64,000 bases of DNA. It comes from an uncultured delta proteobacterium (lineage in GTDB: Bacteria > Desulfobacterota > Desulfomonilia > Desulfomonilales > Desulfomonilaceae). Numbering within the stretch: the first letter of the stretch is position 1; every line of letters starts with the position of its first letter. Made by a program: the position numbers and the translations under genes. The notes under the pieces are model-generated. The model saw nothing but the letters and a program-made list of their open reading frames with translations. It did no database searches and was not told the DNA's origin. Of the stretch, positions 10,732 to 21,210 are shown piece by piece. Location of the stretch: positions 544,001 through 608,000 of the forward strand of contig CAWBKB010000003.1 in assembly GCA_963789265.1 (NCBI GenBank), read 5' to 3'.

Positions 10732-10855
10732 TCCCTGCCGGCGTTTGGCGAAAACCGGCACGGAGGCTGGATTCCCACGTGCGCGAGAATGACGGCTACA
10801 TACCGGAATACGTGACCGTATTTATGAAAACGACTACTCAGTTGTCCGCTGTTGA

Positions 10856-11665
10856 TCAGTATTCGGTGTCGTCGGGGGGAACGGCCAGACCGTGACCGGG
10901 AATGAAAGGAATCGGCGCCACCGGATATCCCTGCACCCATCTGATCCCGCAGCGCAGCACGGTTTTGACCGGAGCAGGGTATAGTAATTTGTCCGGATCC
11001 TGCTTCGCGGCCTGCTCCTCCAATATTGAAGGGATTATTCGGATGCAGTGCCCCTTGTCGGGAAGATACGTGTAGAACGGCTTCAGCCCGTCGGGAATGG
11101 GTTCAGGATAGTCCTCTATATCGCGAATCCGGTCGGGGTCACTTTCCGGAACGTCCGGCCGAAATTTGATCATGTCCCACAGATTCTCCTTTGGATAGGA
11201 TTGCGCGCAGAAGCCCCTTACAGCTCGATCAAACTCAATGTCCGTCCAATGGGTAGACTTTTTGATGACGTCGGGAACGGAACCGAAGAACTTTCGGAAG
11301 CCATTTTCTCGGTTGACTGAAAAGGCTTGTGCTTCTTCATTGTAGAAGTGTATCGTTATTTCTTCCTGTTCCGACATGCGGCGAAAGTGGTCCAATCCTC
11401 CGCGGGCATAATAATTCCACCAGATGTCGAAAAGCTCTTCCTCATCGCCGTCTATTCTGAGCATGGTGAGCACGAGGAATACGTCGTCAAACTTGATGAG
11501 ACCGGCACGCTGCCCGATTTCCAGGTCCCCGTTTCGTCGTATGAGCCCGGATGATGAACGTATGAAAAAGCCTACCTCGCCGGGATTGTTCGGACGCGGC
11601 GTAAACATGGCCTCGATGCTCTGGCCTGGAACCAGGCGAATCTTATTCGGATTGACAAAGTCCAT
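10856..11665 (-). CDS. Hypothetical protein
   Basis: 269-aa ORF with GGAG RBS and globular composition; no motif recognised. Confidence 0.75.
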   Translation of the reverse strand: MDFVNPNKIRLVPGQSIEAMFTPRPNNPGEVGFFIRSSSGLIRRNGDLEIGQRAGLIKFDDVFLVLTMLRIDGDEEELFDIWWNYYARGGLDHFRRMSEQEEITIHFYNEEAQAFSVNRENGFRKFFGSVPDVIKKSTHWTDIEFDRAVRGFCAQSYPKENLWDMIKFRPDVPESDPDRIRDIEDYPEPIPDGLKPFYTYLPDKGHCIRIIPSILEEQAAKQDPDKLLYPAPVKTVLRCGIRWVQGYPVAPIPFIPGHGLAVPPDDTEY

Positions 11666-11972
11666 AATCCACTCCTTCAGATTCCGTTCTACCAGAAAGC
11701 TGAAAAGTCATCCAGTTCATTTTCGCCTTGTATCGGGGGCCGTCGAACTCCAGAAAACTCATCTTAACTTCTGCTCGTAGTTTGCGTACATTAAGAAATG
11801 GAGCTTCGGCAAAAAGTTCCACTGTTCTGACAACTTTTTCGGGAGCCTGTGCAAGGCCCGAACGATCAGCTCGATTTTGCCACCCCGACTTGGGAATGGC
11901 TAAAGCCCAGTGAAAGACCTTGACCATAAGCCTCAGAATTGATAATTAAATCCAAGGCAAAGGAGAAGAATC

Positions 11973-12155
11973 ATGGATAGCGGACATACTATATGCGTAA
12001 CGTGTGCGTGGAGGCAGACATGCAACAAAAAATTCTCCATGGACGGCTCCACAACAACACGGTGTCCCGATTATACACGGGATGTTTCCCTGAAGCCTCC
12101 ATCCTCACAGGAAGAAACAAAGAAGCGAGAGGAGAAGGAGCCACAACCGGAGTAG
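11973..12155 (+). CDS. Small Cys-rich protein upstream of argS
   Basis: AAGGAG RBS; CVTCAWRQTC.KKFS...CPDYTRD (4 Cys). Confidence 0.75.
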   Translation: MDSGHTICVTCAWRQTCNKKFSMDGSTTTRCPDYTRDVSLKPPSSQEETKKREEKEPQPE

Positions 12156-12250
12156 CGAACGTGATAAGATACGCGCCCTTATTTAGGGAAAATTGCATTA
12201 AATTACGATATCATGCCATGATAGTTAAAAATAGTTGAGGTAGGCTCTTA

Positions 12251-13921
12251 ATGAAAGAAGTCATACGGACCCTGGTCCGAAAGGCTATAGCCAAAGCAGA
12301 TAAGCAAAATGGAGTATCTCTGCCGAATGCGGGAGCCATAAATGTGGAAGTCTCACGTAGCAAGGATCCTCGTTTTGGCGATTACGCCACCAATGCCGCG
12401 CTTGTGCTGGCAAATGCAGCGGGTCTTAAGCCTCGCGAGTTGGCCGCGACGATCAAGGACAATTTGACAAAGGACTCTGAGGTTCTGGCAGGATGCGAGA
12501 TAGCCGGACCCGGCTTCATGAATTTCTTTCTCGCTCCTAATGTATGGCATCAGGTTCTCCATACTATTCACAGGGAGAAGGAGCGATATGGGTGCGCCGT
12601 AGAGCTGGACGGACCTCGAGTGCTGCTCGAATTTGTCAGCGCGAACCCCACGGGGCCTCTCCATGTAGGACACGGCAGAGGAGCCGCAGTCGGCGACACT
12701 TTGGCTCGACTTCTCAAAACTTGCGGGTATAAGCTGGAAACTGAATACTACGTTAATGATTCGGGTAACCAGATGAAGATCCTGGGGAAGTCCTTGCTGG
12801 TCCGCTACAGAGAATTGTTGGGGGAAGAGATCGAGTTTCCCGAGAATCATTATCGAGGAGATTACATACGAGAGATGGCCGCACAGCTCCTCGAGACTTC
12901 CCTAGGCAAGAGGCTGCTGGAAGTTCCGGAAAATGAGGCGATAGATCTTGCGGCACAATATGCATGCGAGCGTATACTACGGGGTATCAAGGACGATCTT
13001 AGCCTTTTCGGAGTCAGGTACGATCGATATTTCAGCGAAAAGGATCTGCATCAGAGCGGGGCTATCGCGGCCACACTGGACGAACTTCGCCGACGAGGGA
13101 GAGTGGAAGAGCATGAAGGCGCCATTTGGTTCGGTATGGACGAAAACCAGGACGAAAAGGACAGAGTCCTGGTCAGAGCCACCGGCGAGCCCACCTATTT
13201 CGCGGCGGATGCCGCTTATCATCAGAACAAACTGGGCAGAGGTTTCGACCTTTTGGTCGATATATGGGGATCGGATCACCACGGATATGTGCCCAGGGTT
13301 CGCGCTGCAATCGAGGCCCTTGGTTACCCGCCTGATGTGCTGAAAGTGCTCTTGGTTCAGTTTGTGAATCTCGTTCGAGAAGGCCAAAAAATCTCGATGT
13401 CAACACGCTCCGCGGAATTCATAACCTTGCGGGAGGTTTTGGAAGAGGTAGGACCAGATGCGGCCCGTTTCTTCTTCTTAACCAAGCGCTGCGATAGCCA
13501 CCTTGACTTCGACCTGGACCTGGCCAAGAAGCAAACTCGTGACAACCCGGTTTACTACGTCCAGTACGTTCATGCGCGTGTGGCCAGTATTTTCCGAATT
13601 GCCCAGGAAAGGAACATAGACGCGGAAATGACCGACCCCGATCTTACCGCGCTATCGCTGCCGGAAGAGCAGAAAATAATGAAACATCTCGCCGACTTCC
13701 CCGATACGCTCTCCGAAGCAGCCGAAGCATTGGAACCTCATAGAATAACGTTCTATCTCATGGAACTGGCGGAGCTCTTTCACCCCTACTACCATGACAA
13801 CAGAGTGTTGACAGAGGATACACGACTGAAAAAGGCCCGGCTCTACCTTGTGGAGGCTGTCCGCCAAGTGGTGGCCAACGGCCTGAGCATCCTCGGGGTG
13901 TCCGCTCCGGATCGGATGTGA
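12251..13921 (+). CDS. argS: Arginine--tRNA ligase
   Basis: FGDYATN, EFVSANPTGPLHVGHGR, MSTRS, NPVYYVQYVHAR, APDRM C-terminus. Confidence 0.98.
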   Translation: MKEVIRTLVRKAIAKADKQNGVSLPNAGAINVEVSRSKDPRFGDYATNAALVLANAAGLKPRELAATIKDNLTKDSEVLAGCEIAGPGFMNFFLAPNVWHQVLHTIHREKERYGCAVELDGPRVLLEFVSANPTGPLHVGHGRGAAVGDTLARLLKTCGYKLETEYYVNDSGNQMKILGKSLLVRYRELLGEEIEFPENHYRGDYIREMAAQLLETSLGKRLLEVPENEAIDLAAQYACERILRGIKDDLSLFGVRYDRYFSEKDLHQSGAIAATLDELRRRGRVEEHEGAIWFGMDENQDEKDRVLVRATGEPTYFAADAAYHQNKLGRGFDLLVDIWGSDHHGYVPRVRAAIEALGYPPDVLKVLLVQFVNLVREGQKISMSTRSAEFITLREVLEEVGPDAARFFFLTKRCDSHLDFDLDLAKKQTRDNPVYYVQYVHARVASIFRIAQERNIDAEMTDPDLTALSLPEEQKIMKHLADFPDTLSEAAEALEPHRITFYLMELAELFHPYYHDNRVLTEDTRLKKARLYLVEAVRQVVANGLSILGVSAPDRM

Positions 13922-14700
13922 GAATGGGGATGGAATTAAGAAAACGCCTGACAAAAATCTTCAGGCCGGCGGAAGGGAAGCCCCTCAGACCGATCCCCGG
14001 CGACGACAATCGGCCCCTAAAGAACGGTCCGTTGGCATTGGCCGTGGCAGGCTCTGTCATGATCATGATAGTTTTGGGCATTCTGGACGTGAAGCTCATC
14101 CGTCACCGTTCCAACAAGGGTGTAAGTGTCGGCCCCGCAATTCCGGCTCAACCTAGCCCTGCTACATTCGGGGCTCCTGTGGTGGGCAACAAGAGTGGCG
14201 GAGACGTTCCCCCTGAAGTGACTTTCTATAGGCAACTGACCATGCAGGACGATCAAAGCCCTGCGAATGGAAAAGGCAAATCCGATCCGAACCAAGAAAC
14301 CGGAGCTAGTCCTTCTCAGCCGAGCACGAAGGCCGGTGAAATTTCCAAAGCGCCCGGAAAGCCTGAAGAACAAGATCGAAAGCAATCAAGAACGACCGTG
14401 GCCAAACCTGCGTGCGCGCCGATTCGGCAGAATGTTCTGCCAAAGGCTGGTTCCGGAGGGAAGACCTACACTGTTCAGGTCGGCGCTTTCACACAGCCTG
14501 CCATAGCACAGCAGTGGGCGCTCAGGTGGAAAGTCCGCGGGTATGATGTCACATTGAGGCCCGTGGCAAGACCTAACGCGGGCGTCATTTATCGCCTGTA
14601 CCTGGGGAAATTTTCTTCGGAAAAGAAGGCGGACGAACTGGTGAAACATCTCAAGTCAAAAGAAGGTATCAGCGCATTGAGGCTCGTTCTTCGTAATTAG
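13918..14700 (+). CDS. SPOR domain cell-division protein (FtsN/DedD-like)
   Basis: N-terminal TM, low-complexity linker, C-terminal YTVQVGAF...YRLYLGKF; follows argS. Confidence 0.85.
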   Translation: MRMGMELRKRLTKIFRPAEGKPLRPIPGDDNRPLKNGPLALAVAGSVMIMIVLGILDVKLIRHRSNKGVSVGPAIPAQPSPATFGAPVVGNKSGGDVPPEVTFYRQLTMQDDQSPANGKGKSDPNQETGASPSQPSTKAGEISKAPGKPEEQDRKQSRTTVAKPACAPIRQNVLPKAGSGGKTYTVQVGAFTQPAIAQQWALRWKVRGYDVTLRPVARPNAGVIYRLYLGKFSSEKKADELVKHLKSKEGISALRLVLRN

Positions 14701-15012
14701 ATTATTTTTCTCGTTCTTAAGGCTCTGCCTCAACTATCATAGTGAAATAAAGGTGGTTTGCGGGCAGAGCCCGCGAGACGCGGGATTGGGAACCAGAACG
14801 CCAAAATTTTGCCATTTGTTCCAAAAACTACTTCCCCCTGTGGCCGCAGCTTCCTTGAAAATATCGCCATGACCGTGTAACATTCATGGCCTTATTGCTG
14901 TAGAAAATAGTAACCAATTCAGCAAGATAAACCTTACAGGGGGAGACGCACCCCCCTCGGTTCGTCGAATCGCAAAGTGCTCGCATTAACGAACTAGAGA
15001 AGGAACAAGCAT

Positions 15013-17532
15013 TTGGCAGTGCTTCACGAGAAGACCACCGTCGGAATAGAAGAGGAAATCCAGAAATCTTATCTGGACTATGCCATGAGTGTGATCATAG
15101 GCCGGGCTCTACCCGATTTGCGGGATGGCTTGAAGCCGGTTCACCGCAGGATCCTCTATGCCATGCACAGGAGCGGCAACGTTTGGAATAGGGCTTACCG
15201 CAAAGCCGCTCGAGTCGTCGGCGACGTCATCGGTCAATATCATCCCCACGGCGATACTGCTGTTTACGACTCGGTCGTGCGAATGGCTCAGCCATTTTCC
15301 ATGCGTTATCCCTTCATCGACGGGCAAGGGAACTTCGGCAGTGTGGACGGCGACGCGCCGGCAGCTATGCGGTACACGGAAGTTCGCATGGATCGCATCT
15401 GCCAGTCGGCTCTCGAGGACCTGGACAAACAAACCGTGGATTTCATCGCCAATTATGACAACACTCTTGAAGAGCCTGTTGTCTTGCCGGCTAGATTTCC
15501 GATCCTTCTAGTAAACGGCTCGCAAGGAATAGCTGTCGGAATGGCCACGAACATACCGCCCCATAACCTGGGAGAGACAATCGACGCGACAATATTCCTG
15601 GTAAGAAATCCGGACGCGTCCATCGCTGACCTCATGCGGTTTATGCCCGGGCCTGATTTCCCGACCGCGGGATTCATATACGGAAAACAGGGAATCCTGG
15701 ACGCTTACACCACAGGGCGCGGATCGGTGCGTATGAGGGCCAGAGCCGAAGTGGAAGACGCTGAGAGGGGCTACCAGCGGATTGTCGTCACTGAAATCCC
15801 TTACATGGTGAACAAGGCCAGGATGGTTGAAAACGTTGCAGAGCTCGTTAAAGACAAGAAGATTCCCGGTATTCGAGATCTGAGGGACGAGTCAGACCGG
15901 CACGGCATGCGAGTGGTCTTTGAGCTGAAGAGGGACGAGAACCCGGATGTGGTTCTCAACCAGCTTTTCAGGCACACACAGCTTCAATCCACCTTCGGAA
16001 TCCAACTCCTCGCTGTGGACAACCAACGGCCAAAGCAGATGAACGTCAAAGAAATTCTGCAACGGTTCATCGACTTCCGCAAAGAGGTGGTAATCCGCAG
16101 GACACGGTTCGAGATTGCGCGCGCTCGCGAGAGAGCCCACATTCTCGATGGCCTGAAAATTGCGCTGGATAATCTGGATGAGGTGATCGCGCTCATCAAG
16201 GCAGCAGAGAACCCTGCTGTTGCCCGGCAAGATCTGATGGACACATTCCAACTCAGTCAGGTGCAGGCTCAAGCAATTTTGGACATGCGACTTCAGCGGC
16301 TGACGGGCTTGGAAAGGGATAAGATCCTCCAGGAACTCAAGGAAGTACTGGCCAAAATCGCGGAACTTGAAGGCATACTCGCTTCGGAACAGAAGATCCT
16401 GGACATCATTATCGCGGAACTCGAAGAGGTGAAAGCACAGCACGGAGACTCACGGCGTACGCAAATTCTGGACGCGCAAACGGACATGCTGGATGAAGAT
16501 CTTATCCCTCGAGGAGACATGGTAGTGACGTTTTCCAGCAAGGGCTATGTCAAAAGGGTTCCTGCGAATCTTTACAAGAGCCAGCGACCCGGCGGAAAAG
16601 GGAGAATCGGCACCAAAGTCGGGACGGAAGATGTAGTCAACCAGATGCTATACGCGTCCTCCCATGACGTGCTCCTGTGCTTCTCCAATCGCGGACGCAT
16701 TTATTGGATCAGGGTGTTTGAAATCCCGGAAGAGGGACCTTATGCCAAGGGCAGGGCAATAATCAACCTGTTGCGCCTCGACCCGAGCGAAAAAATCAGA
16801 AAGATCCTCCCCCTTCAGGAACTGAGCACCGAAGGGTACGTGGTGATGGTTTCGGCCAAGGGCAAAATCAAGAAAACGGCCATAGGAGAATTTTCAAGGC
16901 CAAGACCATCGGGGCTAATCGCTCTGACCATCGACCCCGATGATGAACTCATAGGTGTGAACTTTACCGCAGGTGACAACGATATTCTCCTAGCTACTGC
17001 CAAAGGCAAGGCAATCAGATTTCATGAAAGTCAAGTGCGGCCGATGGGGCGGCAAGCCCGCGGCGTTACGGGCATCCGGATGAAGGCCGACGACGCGGTT
17101 ATCGGCATGGAGGTAATTTCTAACGGGAACGGCACGCTTCTCACGATAACCTATAGCGGGCACGGAAAACGAACCGCTCTAGCGGAATACCCTGTGAAGC
17201 ATCGCGGCGGCCAGGGTGTAATCACAATCAAGAATACCACCAGGATAGGGGACGTTGTCGGGATTCAGATGGTTGAGGACACAGACCATCTGCTGATAGT
17301 GACCTCGGGCGGTAGGATCATCAGGCTGAGAATGGAGGAGATTTCCGTTATAGGACGCAACACGATGGGCCGGACTCTGGTTCGGATGGAACCCGGTGAA
17401 TACGTGGTGGACGTGGCCAGGGCCGAGACCTCGGAGGATGAAGACAAAGATTCCGATGCGGTTGAGCCCCAAGTCGGCTCAGAAAGCGAGGCGACTCTGT
17501 CGGACCATGACGAAGGAGACAACGGAGATTGA
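15013..17532 (+). CDS. gyrA: DNA gyrase subunit A
   Basis: SYLDYAMSVI, DGLKPVHRR, YHPHGD, AAMRYTE, GyrA-box-like QRPGGKG, C-terminal beta-pinwheel repeats. Confidence 0.97.
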   Translation: MAVLHEKTTVGIEEEIQKSYLDYAMSVIIGRALPDLRDGLKPVHRRILYAMHRSGNVWNRAYRKAARVVGDVIGQYHPHGDTAVYDSVVRMAQPFSMRYPFIDGQGNFGSVDGDAPAAMRYTEVRMDRICQSALEDLDKQTVDFIANYDNTLEEPVVLPARFPILLVNGSQGIAVGMATNIPPHNLGETIDATIFLVRNPDASIADLMRFMPGPDFPTAGFIYGKQGILDAYTTGRGSVRMRARAEVEDAERGYQRIVVTEIPYMVNKARMVENVAELVKDKKIPGIRDLRDESDRHGMRVVFELKRDENPDVVLNQLFRHTQLQSTFGIQLLAVDNQRPKQMNVKEILQRFIDFRKEVVIRRTRFEIARARERAHILDGLKIALDNLDEVIALIKAAENPAVARQDLMDTFQLSQVQAQAILDMRLQRLTGLERDKILQELKEVLAKIAELEGILASEQKILDIIIAELEEVKAQHGDSRRTQILDAQTDMLDEDLIPRGDMVVTFSSKGYVKRVPANLYKSQRPGGKGRIGTKVGTEDVVNQMLYASSHDVLLCFSNRGRIYWIRVFEIPEEGPYAKGRAIINLLRLDPSEKIRKILPLQELSTEGYVVMVSAKGKIKKTAIGEFSRPRPSGLIALTIDPDDELIGVNFTAGDNDILLATAKGKAIRFHESQVRPMGRQARGVTGIRMKADDAVIGMEVISNGNGTLLTITYSGHGKRTALAEYPVKHRGGQGVITIKNTTRIGDVVGIQMVEDTDHLLIVTSGGRIIRLRMEEISVIGRNTMGRTLVRMEPGEYVVDVARAETSEDEDKDSDAVEPQVGSESEATLSDHDEGDNGD

Positions 17533-17944
17533 TCCGGGGTGGCGACTCCTGGAACACACGGCGGATGTCCGCATGGCCGTTTATGGGGCTACTCTGAAGG
17601 AGCTTTTCCTCAACGCGGCCCGAGGATTTACTAGTCTTCTGGTGCCGGAAACTCAGGGGCACCCGCAAACCGAACTTGAGCTGTCTCTGCAAGCCGACGA
17701 CACTGAAGAGCTTCTCGTGGACTGGCTTAGAGAGCTTCTCTTCTATCATCAGACAAGAGGTTTCATTCTTATCTCCGCGGATATTGAAGAGCTTTCCGAC
17801 ACTTCATTGACGGCCAAATTAGCCGGCCGGACACGCGGTCGCGACGAAGAACCGGAAATCGAAATAAAGGGCGTTACCTATCACGCGCTGTCTATCGAGA
17901 AAAACGATGCCGGATATTCCGTCACGATTGTTTTCGACATCTGA
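17507..17944 (+). CDS. Archease (RtcB activator)
   Basis: LEHTADV, LLVDWLRELL, EIKGVTYH and FDI C-terminus. Confidence 0.93.
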   Translation: MTKETTEIDPGWRLLEHTADVRMAVYGATLKELFLNAARGFTSLLVPETQGHPQTELELSLQADDTEELLVDWLRELLFYHQTRGFILISADIEELSDTSLTAKLAGRTRGRDEEPEIEIKGVTYHALSIEKNDAGYSVTIVFDI

Positions 17945-18731
17945 ATCCCCGCGGGCAACAAAATCGCCATTCATCCTATCAGTCGCGCTCATCATCTCAA
18001 TTCTTGCTCTGGTTCCAGCCTTTGTGTTCAATAGCTCGCTCTTCTTATCTATCAACAGCCTGTATTCCTCTGCAACAGATCCGGTTTGGTTGGCTTTCAC
18101 GACCCTTGGGGACGGGCTGATCCTTGGGATCGTTGTCGGTGCATTTCTCCTGGTAAACCCGCGTATCACAATTATGGGGCTGTTGGTAATGATACTGTCG
18201 TCGATCGTGATAAATCTCGTGAAGGCCGTTTATCCGCACCTGCGACCCATGGAGCTTTTGCAATCCGTACACGTGGTCGGGCCGCTGCTCAGGGCCGGCT
18301 CTTTCCCGTCCGGCCACGCTGCGGCGGGTATGTCTGCGGGGTTGACAATAGCTCACTTCGGTTCGTCCAGGACGATCGGTGCGGTGGCGATAGCAATTGC
18401 CTTACTCATCGGTTTGTCGAGGATCTTCGTGGGCGCTCACTTTCCGGCAGACGTGGTGGGAGGGATGATGTGCGCTTTGGGCGTGTTTCTTATCCTCCTG
18501 CTAACGGCCTGGCCGGGCCTTGAAGCGCGTATACCTGACCGCGCATCTCTTTCGCTGCGGTGGTTCCGATTACTGCTTGGTCTGGAAGTTTTGACGGTCT
18601 TGTTCGCGCTATTCGTGTACGCACCGCTCTTTGCGGAACTCCCTTCATTCGGCATGTTTGTTGCTCTCGCGGTCCTGGTCTTCCTTGCGATCAGGTATCG
18701 GCGAATATCTTGCAGTCAATCACATGAATGA
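17907..18731 (+). CDS. PAP2 family membrane phosphatase
   Basis: K......RP, SFPSGH and SRIFVGAHFPADV motifs; start uncertain. Confidence 0.9.
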   Translation: MPDIPSRLFSTSESPRATKSPFILSVALIISILALVPAFVFNSSLFLSINSLYSSATDPVWLAFTTLGDGLILGIVVGAFLLVNPRITIMGLLVMILSSIVINLVKAVYPHLRPMELLQSVHVVGPLLRAGSFPSGHAAAGMSAGLTIAHFGSSRTIGAVAIAIALLIGLSRIFVGAHFPADVVGGMMCALGVFLILLLTAWPGLEARIPDRASLSLRWFRLLLGLEVLTVLFALFVYAPLFAELPSFGMFVALAVLVFLAIRYRRISCSQSHE

Positions 18732-18896
18732 ACAGACTATTTTTAGTATTGTCGAGGACTATGAGGAGCAAATCATACCGGAAACTTCCTTATGGCTGAT
18801 CGAAATAACGAAGGAAAGACGCTTACACTCAATTACATTGTCAGACGTGGGGCGGTAAATTTCAAAGATACAAGCGCCCTACGAAGGAGTAGACAA

Positions 18897-19400
18897 ATGC
18901 GCTCTCGAATCGAATACATTAAAGCAGCCCCCGAGCTGTTGAAAGCCATTCAACCGTTGGACAATTACGTGCGCAAATGCGGCCTGGAAGACTCTTTGAT
19001 CGACCTTGTGTTGATCAGGGCTTCACAGATCAACGGATGCGCCTATTGCATTGACATGCACACAAAAGATGCACGCGCACGAGGTGAAACCGAACAACGT
19101 ATCTACGAGTTGAACGCCTGGAGAGAAACCCCGTTTTATACCGACCGGGAAATGGCGGCCTTAGCCTGGACAGAAGCCGTGACATTGCTAACCCACGGGC
19201 ACGTTCCCGATGATGTGTACAAAGTAGCGCGAAAGTGGTTCAGCGAGTTGGAGTTGGTAAATCTCACAGTTGCCATCGGGATGATCAATACCTGGAATCG
19301 CTTGAGTATTGCCTTCCGGTCGGTTCCCGGCGAATATCGGGCGAGACGGGCGGCCGGCGTTGAAAAGGAGTCGGGTAGAGTCGAAGCGGAATATCACTGA
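18897..19400 (+). CDS. Carboxymuconolactone decarboxylase / AhpD-like protein
   Basis: RASQINGCAYCIDMH, AWRETPFYT.RE.AALAWTE, IN.WNRL; AAGGAG RBS. Confidence 0.93.
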   Translation: MRSRIEYIKAAPELLKAIQPLDNYVRKCGLEDSLIDLVLIRASQINGCAYCIDMHTKDARARGETEQRIYELNAWRETPFYTDREMAALAWTEAVTLLTHGHVPDDVYKVARKWFSELELVNLTVAIGMINTWNRLSIAFRSVPGEYRARRAAGVEKESGRVEAEYH

Positions 19401-19445
19401 CTTGGTGGGCTGCGAGCCGCCGTCCGGTCAATAAGTGTATTTCCT

Positions 19446-19670
19446 GGTTACCAGGCTCTGCCTGGTAACCGGTTCTTCCGGACTCTGCCCGGTAAACCTT
19501 GCGTTTCCGCGGGATTGATACCATGCGCCATCAAACAAGTGACAATCCCGGCGAGTATATGGTGGGGCAGGCATCCTGCCTGCCATTCGTCATCCCGGAC
19601 TTCGATACGGGGTCCAGTCTGGATGCCCGCGTACGCGGGCATGACGACAGGCAAGATGCCTGTCCCACTA
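19446..19670. repeat. Cluster of REP-like palindromes
   Basis: GGTTACCAGGC-TCT-GCCTGGTAACC; GGCAGGCATCCTGCCTG/GGCAAGATGCCTGTCCC pair enclosing a GTCATCCCGG..CCAG / CTGGAT..GCGGGCATGAC pair. Confidence 0.8.
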
Positions 19671-19881
19671 AAAACACGGTGTCCACTCGTGTGAAAGCGA
19701 ATCCGTGTGACATGTCTGTAAAGCAGGTTTTCCGGCTGTGAGGTGGAGCCTTCGGATAGGCGTTCCGGGCCTAAGCTGAGAACGATAATAGAAATGTCGA
19801 GGCATGCACGGATCATTGGGATTCACGGTAGGAAAATTGGAACCACGTTGCCAGTACCTGAGGAATTAGAAGCAATAGTGC

Positions 19882-20109
19882 CTACCGCCACTTCAAATAA
19901 TCATTCACTGTAAACCCCGCATCTTTGAGGATGCGGACAGCTAAACCCCGACCAATGTCACATCCCGTGTGAACTGGAACGGTCAACGTCACTTCGCTCT
20001 GTTCGTGCTTCAAGGTGAGATGGCTTCTCGACTGACGATCTTCTACAAATCCATGAGCTTCGAGAAATCTTATGAGATGGCGAGCGCTGACTTGCGGCAT
20101 GCGACTCAT
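19882..20109 (-). CDS. hicA: HicA family toxin (mRNA interferase)
   Basis: LEAHGF..RQSRSH, TVPVH, ILKDAG; overlaps the upstream hicB stop. Confidence 0.88.
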   Translation of the reverse strand: MSRMPQVSARHLIRFLEAHGFVEDRQSRSHLTLKHEQSEVTLTVPVHTGCDIGRGLAVRILKDAGFTVNDYLKWR

Positions 20110-20345
20110 TCGGGTACCCCGACTGTGAGTTCTTCAACGTGTACGATGCGATCTTTTTGCGGTATGACTTCATTGTGGGCTCGCAGAGAGTCTATGTCTT
20201 GCGAGATAGCGTCCCGGATGTTGCGTTTGGCCTGCTCAATGGTCTTTCCATTGCTGAAGCAGCCGGGAAGCGTGGGACTATAGGCGAAGTACCCGTCATC
20301 TTCCGGTTCTTTCTCAATTACTATCTCGAAGGAAAAATATTTCAT
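20106..20345 (-). CDS. hicB: HicB family antitoxin (short form)
   Basis: IEKEPEDDGYFAYSPTLPGCFSNGKTIEQAKRNIRDAI. Confidence 0.9.
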   Translation of the reverse strand: MKYFSFEIVIEKEPEDDGYFAYSPTLPGCFSNGKTIEQAKRNIRDAISQDIDSLRAHNEVIPQKDRIVHVEELTVGVPE

Positions 20346-20567
20346 CGTAGTGTGCCTTTCCCTGACAGACCGACAATCTCGCCATAGTACAGCCTCTGGA
20401 TGCATTCTTTTCGTTGATTTTATTACCCTGCCGCCAGGTCCGCAATGCTTTCCCGAAAGTCCTCTATATTGATTCTCGAAAGCGGTCATCTGAGCCCAGG
20501 ATTTAGGACAATATCAGCACATTGTACTCGTAGGCGGGTCTTTACCGGCGCGCCAGTGGCCATTTTC

Positions 20568-20765
20568 TTATTCCCCCACTGCGAACTGAATTTCTCGCGT
20601 CTTTTGGACAAATTTTGCGGCCGACAGTATCTCAATCCCAACGACCCCGCCGTCATGACCGAAATCCACTATTGTCCCCGGCCGAACTTCGTCGCGTTCA
20701 CGTATCCGTGCCTCGCGGAACGTGATGGTCAGCGTATCGGTTTCTCCGTCGTACTGAATTTTCAT
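20568..20765 (-). CDS. DUF2283 family small protein
   Basis: MKIQYDGETDTLTITF...VDFGHDGGVVGIEILSA; GGAGG RBS. Confidence 0.88.
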   Translation of the reverse strand: MKIQYDGETDTLTITFREARIRERDEVRPGTIVDFGHDGGVVGIEILSAAKFVQKTREIQFAVGE

Positions 20766-20814
20766 GTTGTTTTCACCTCCGGTATTTGTCCAACCGGGAA
20801 GTCGAAACAGTACA

Positions 20815-21016
20815 ATTAACCGCAGAGCTCGCAGAGGACGCAGAGAAAAAAGATAACTTATACAATTCCACGTGAACCACCGCCGCGTAAAGTCAGTTCG
20901 AGATTGCTCTTCCCGCATCTCCCGGGATCACATATTCGGAATCTACCGCATCCGGTTCGCATAGACGTTCGGAGAAAACAGGATTCTCCGCGGCCTCTGC
21001 GTTCTCCGCGGCGAAC
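20815..21016. repeat. Approximately 185-200 bp element bounded by inverted (CGCAGAG)-type repeats, copy 1
   Basis: ACCGCAGAG.CGCAGAG left end and CTCTGCG..CTCCGCGG right end; interior matches the copies at 29591 and 51082 in reverse orientation. Confidence 0.75.
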
Positions 21017-21173
21017 AACTACATTAGAGTTTCGTCCGTCTCAGCCTGTTCCACTTCTCTCTTGGACAGCATGAGACGGGCGTGAGGAACGCGTGATGGA
21101 ATTATGCCCGGAATAGAGGAGTTCGAGTGTTAAGACGCCTTTATTTGGACGGGAAGAGGGGATACGATTTTAC

Positions 21174-21203
21174 TTGACAGGTATAGTTTATGGGCTATAC
21201 CAT
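21174..21203 (+). promoter_or_regulatory. Sigma70-like promoter overlapping a putative MarR operator
   Basis: TTGACA (21174) and TACCAT (21198); inverted repeat GGTATAG-N8-CTATACC at 21180-21201. Confidence 0.65.
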
Positions 21204-21210
21204 ACGTGCT

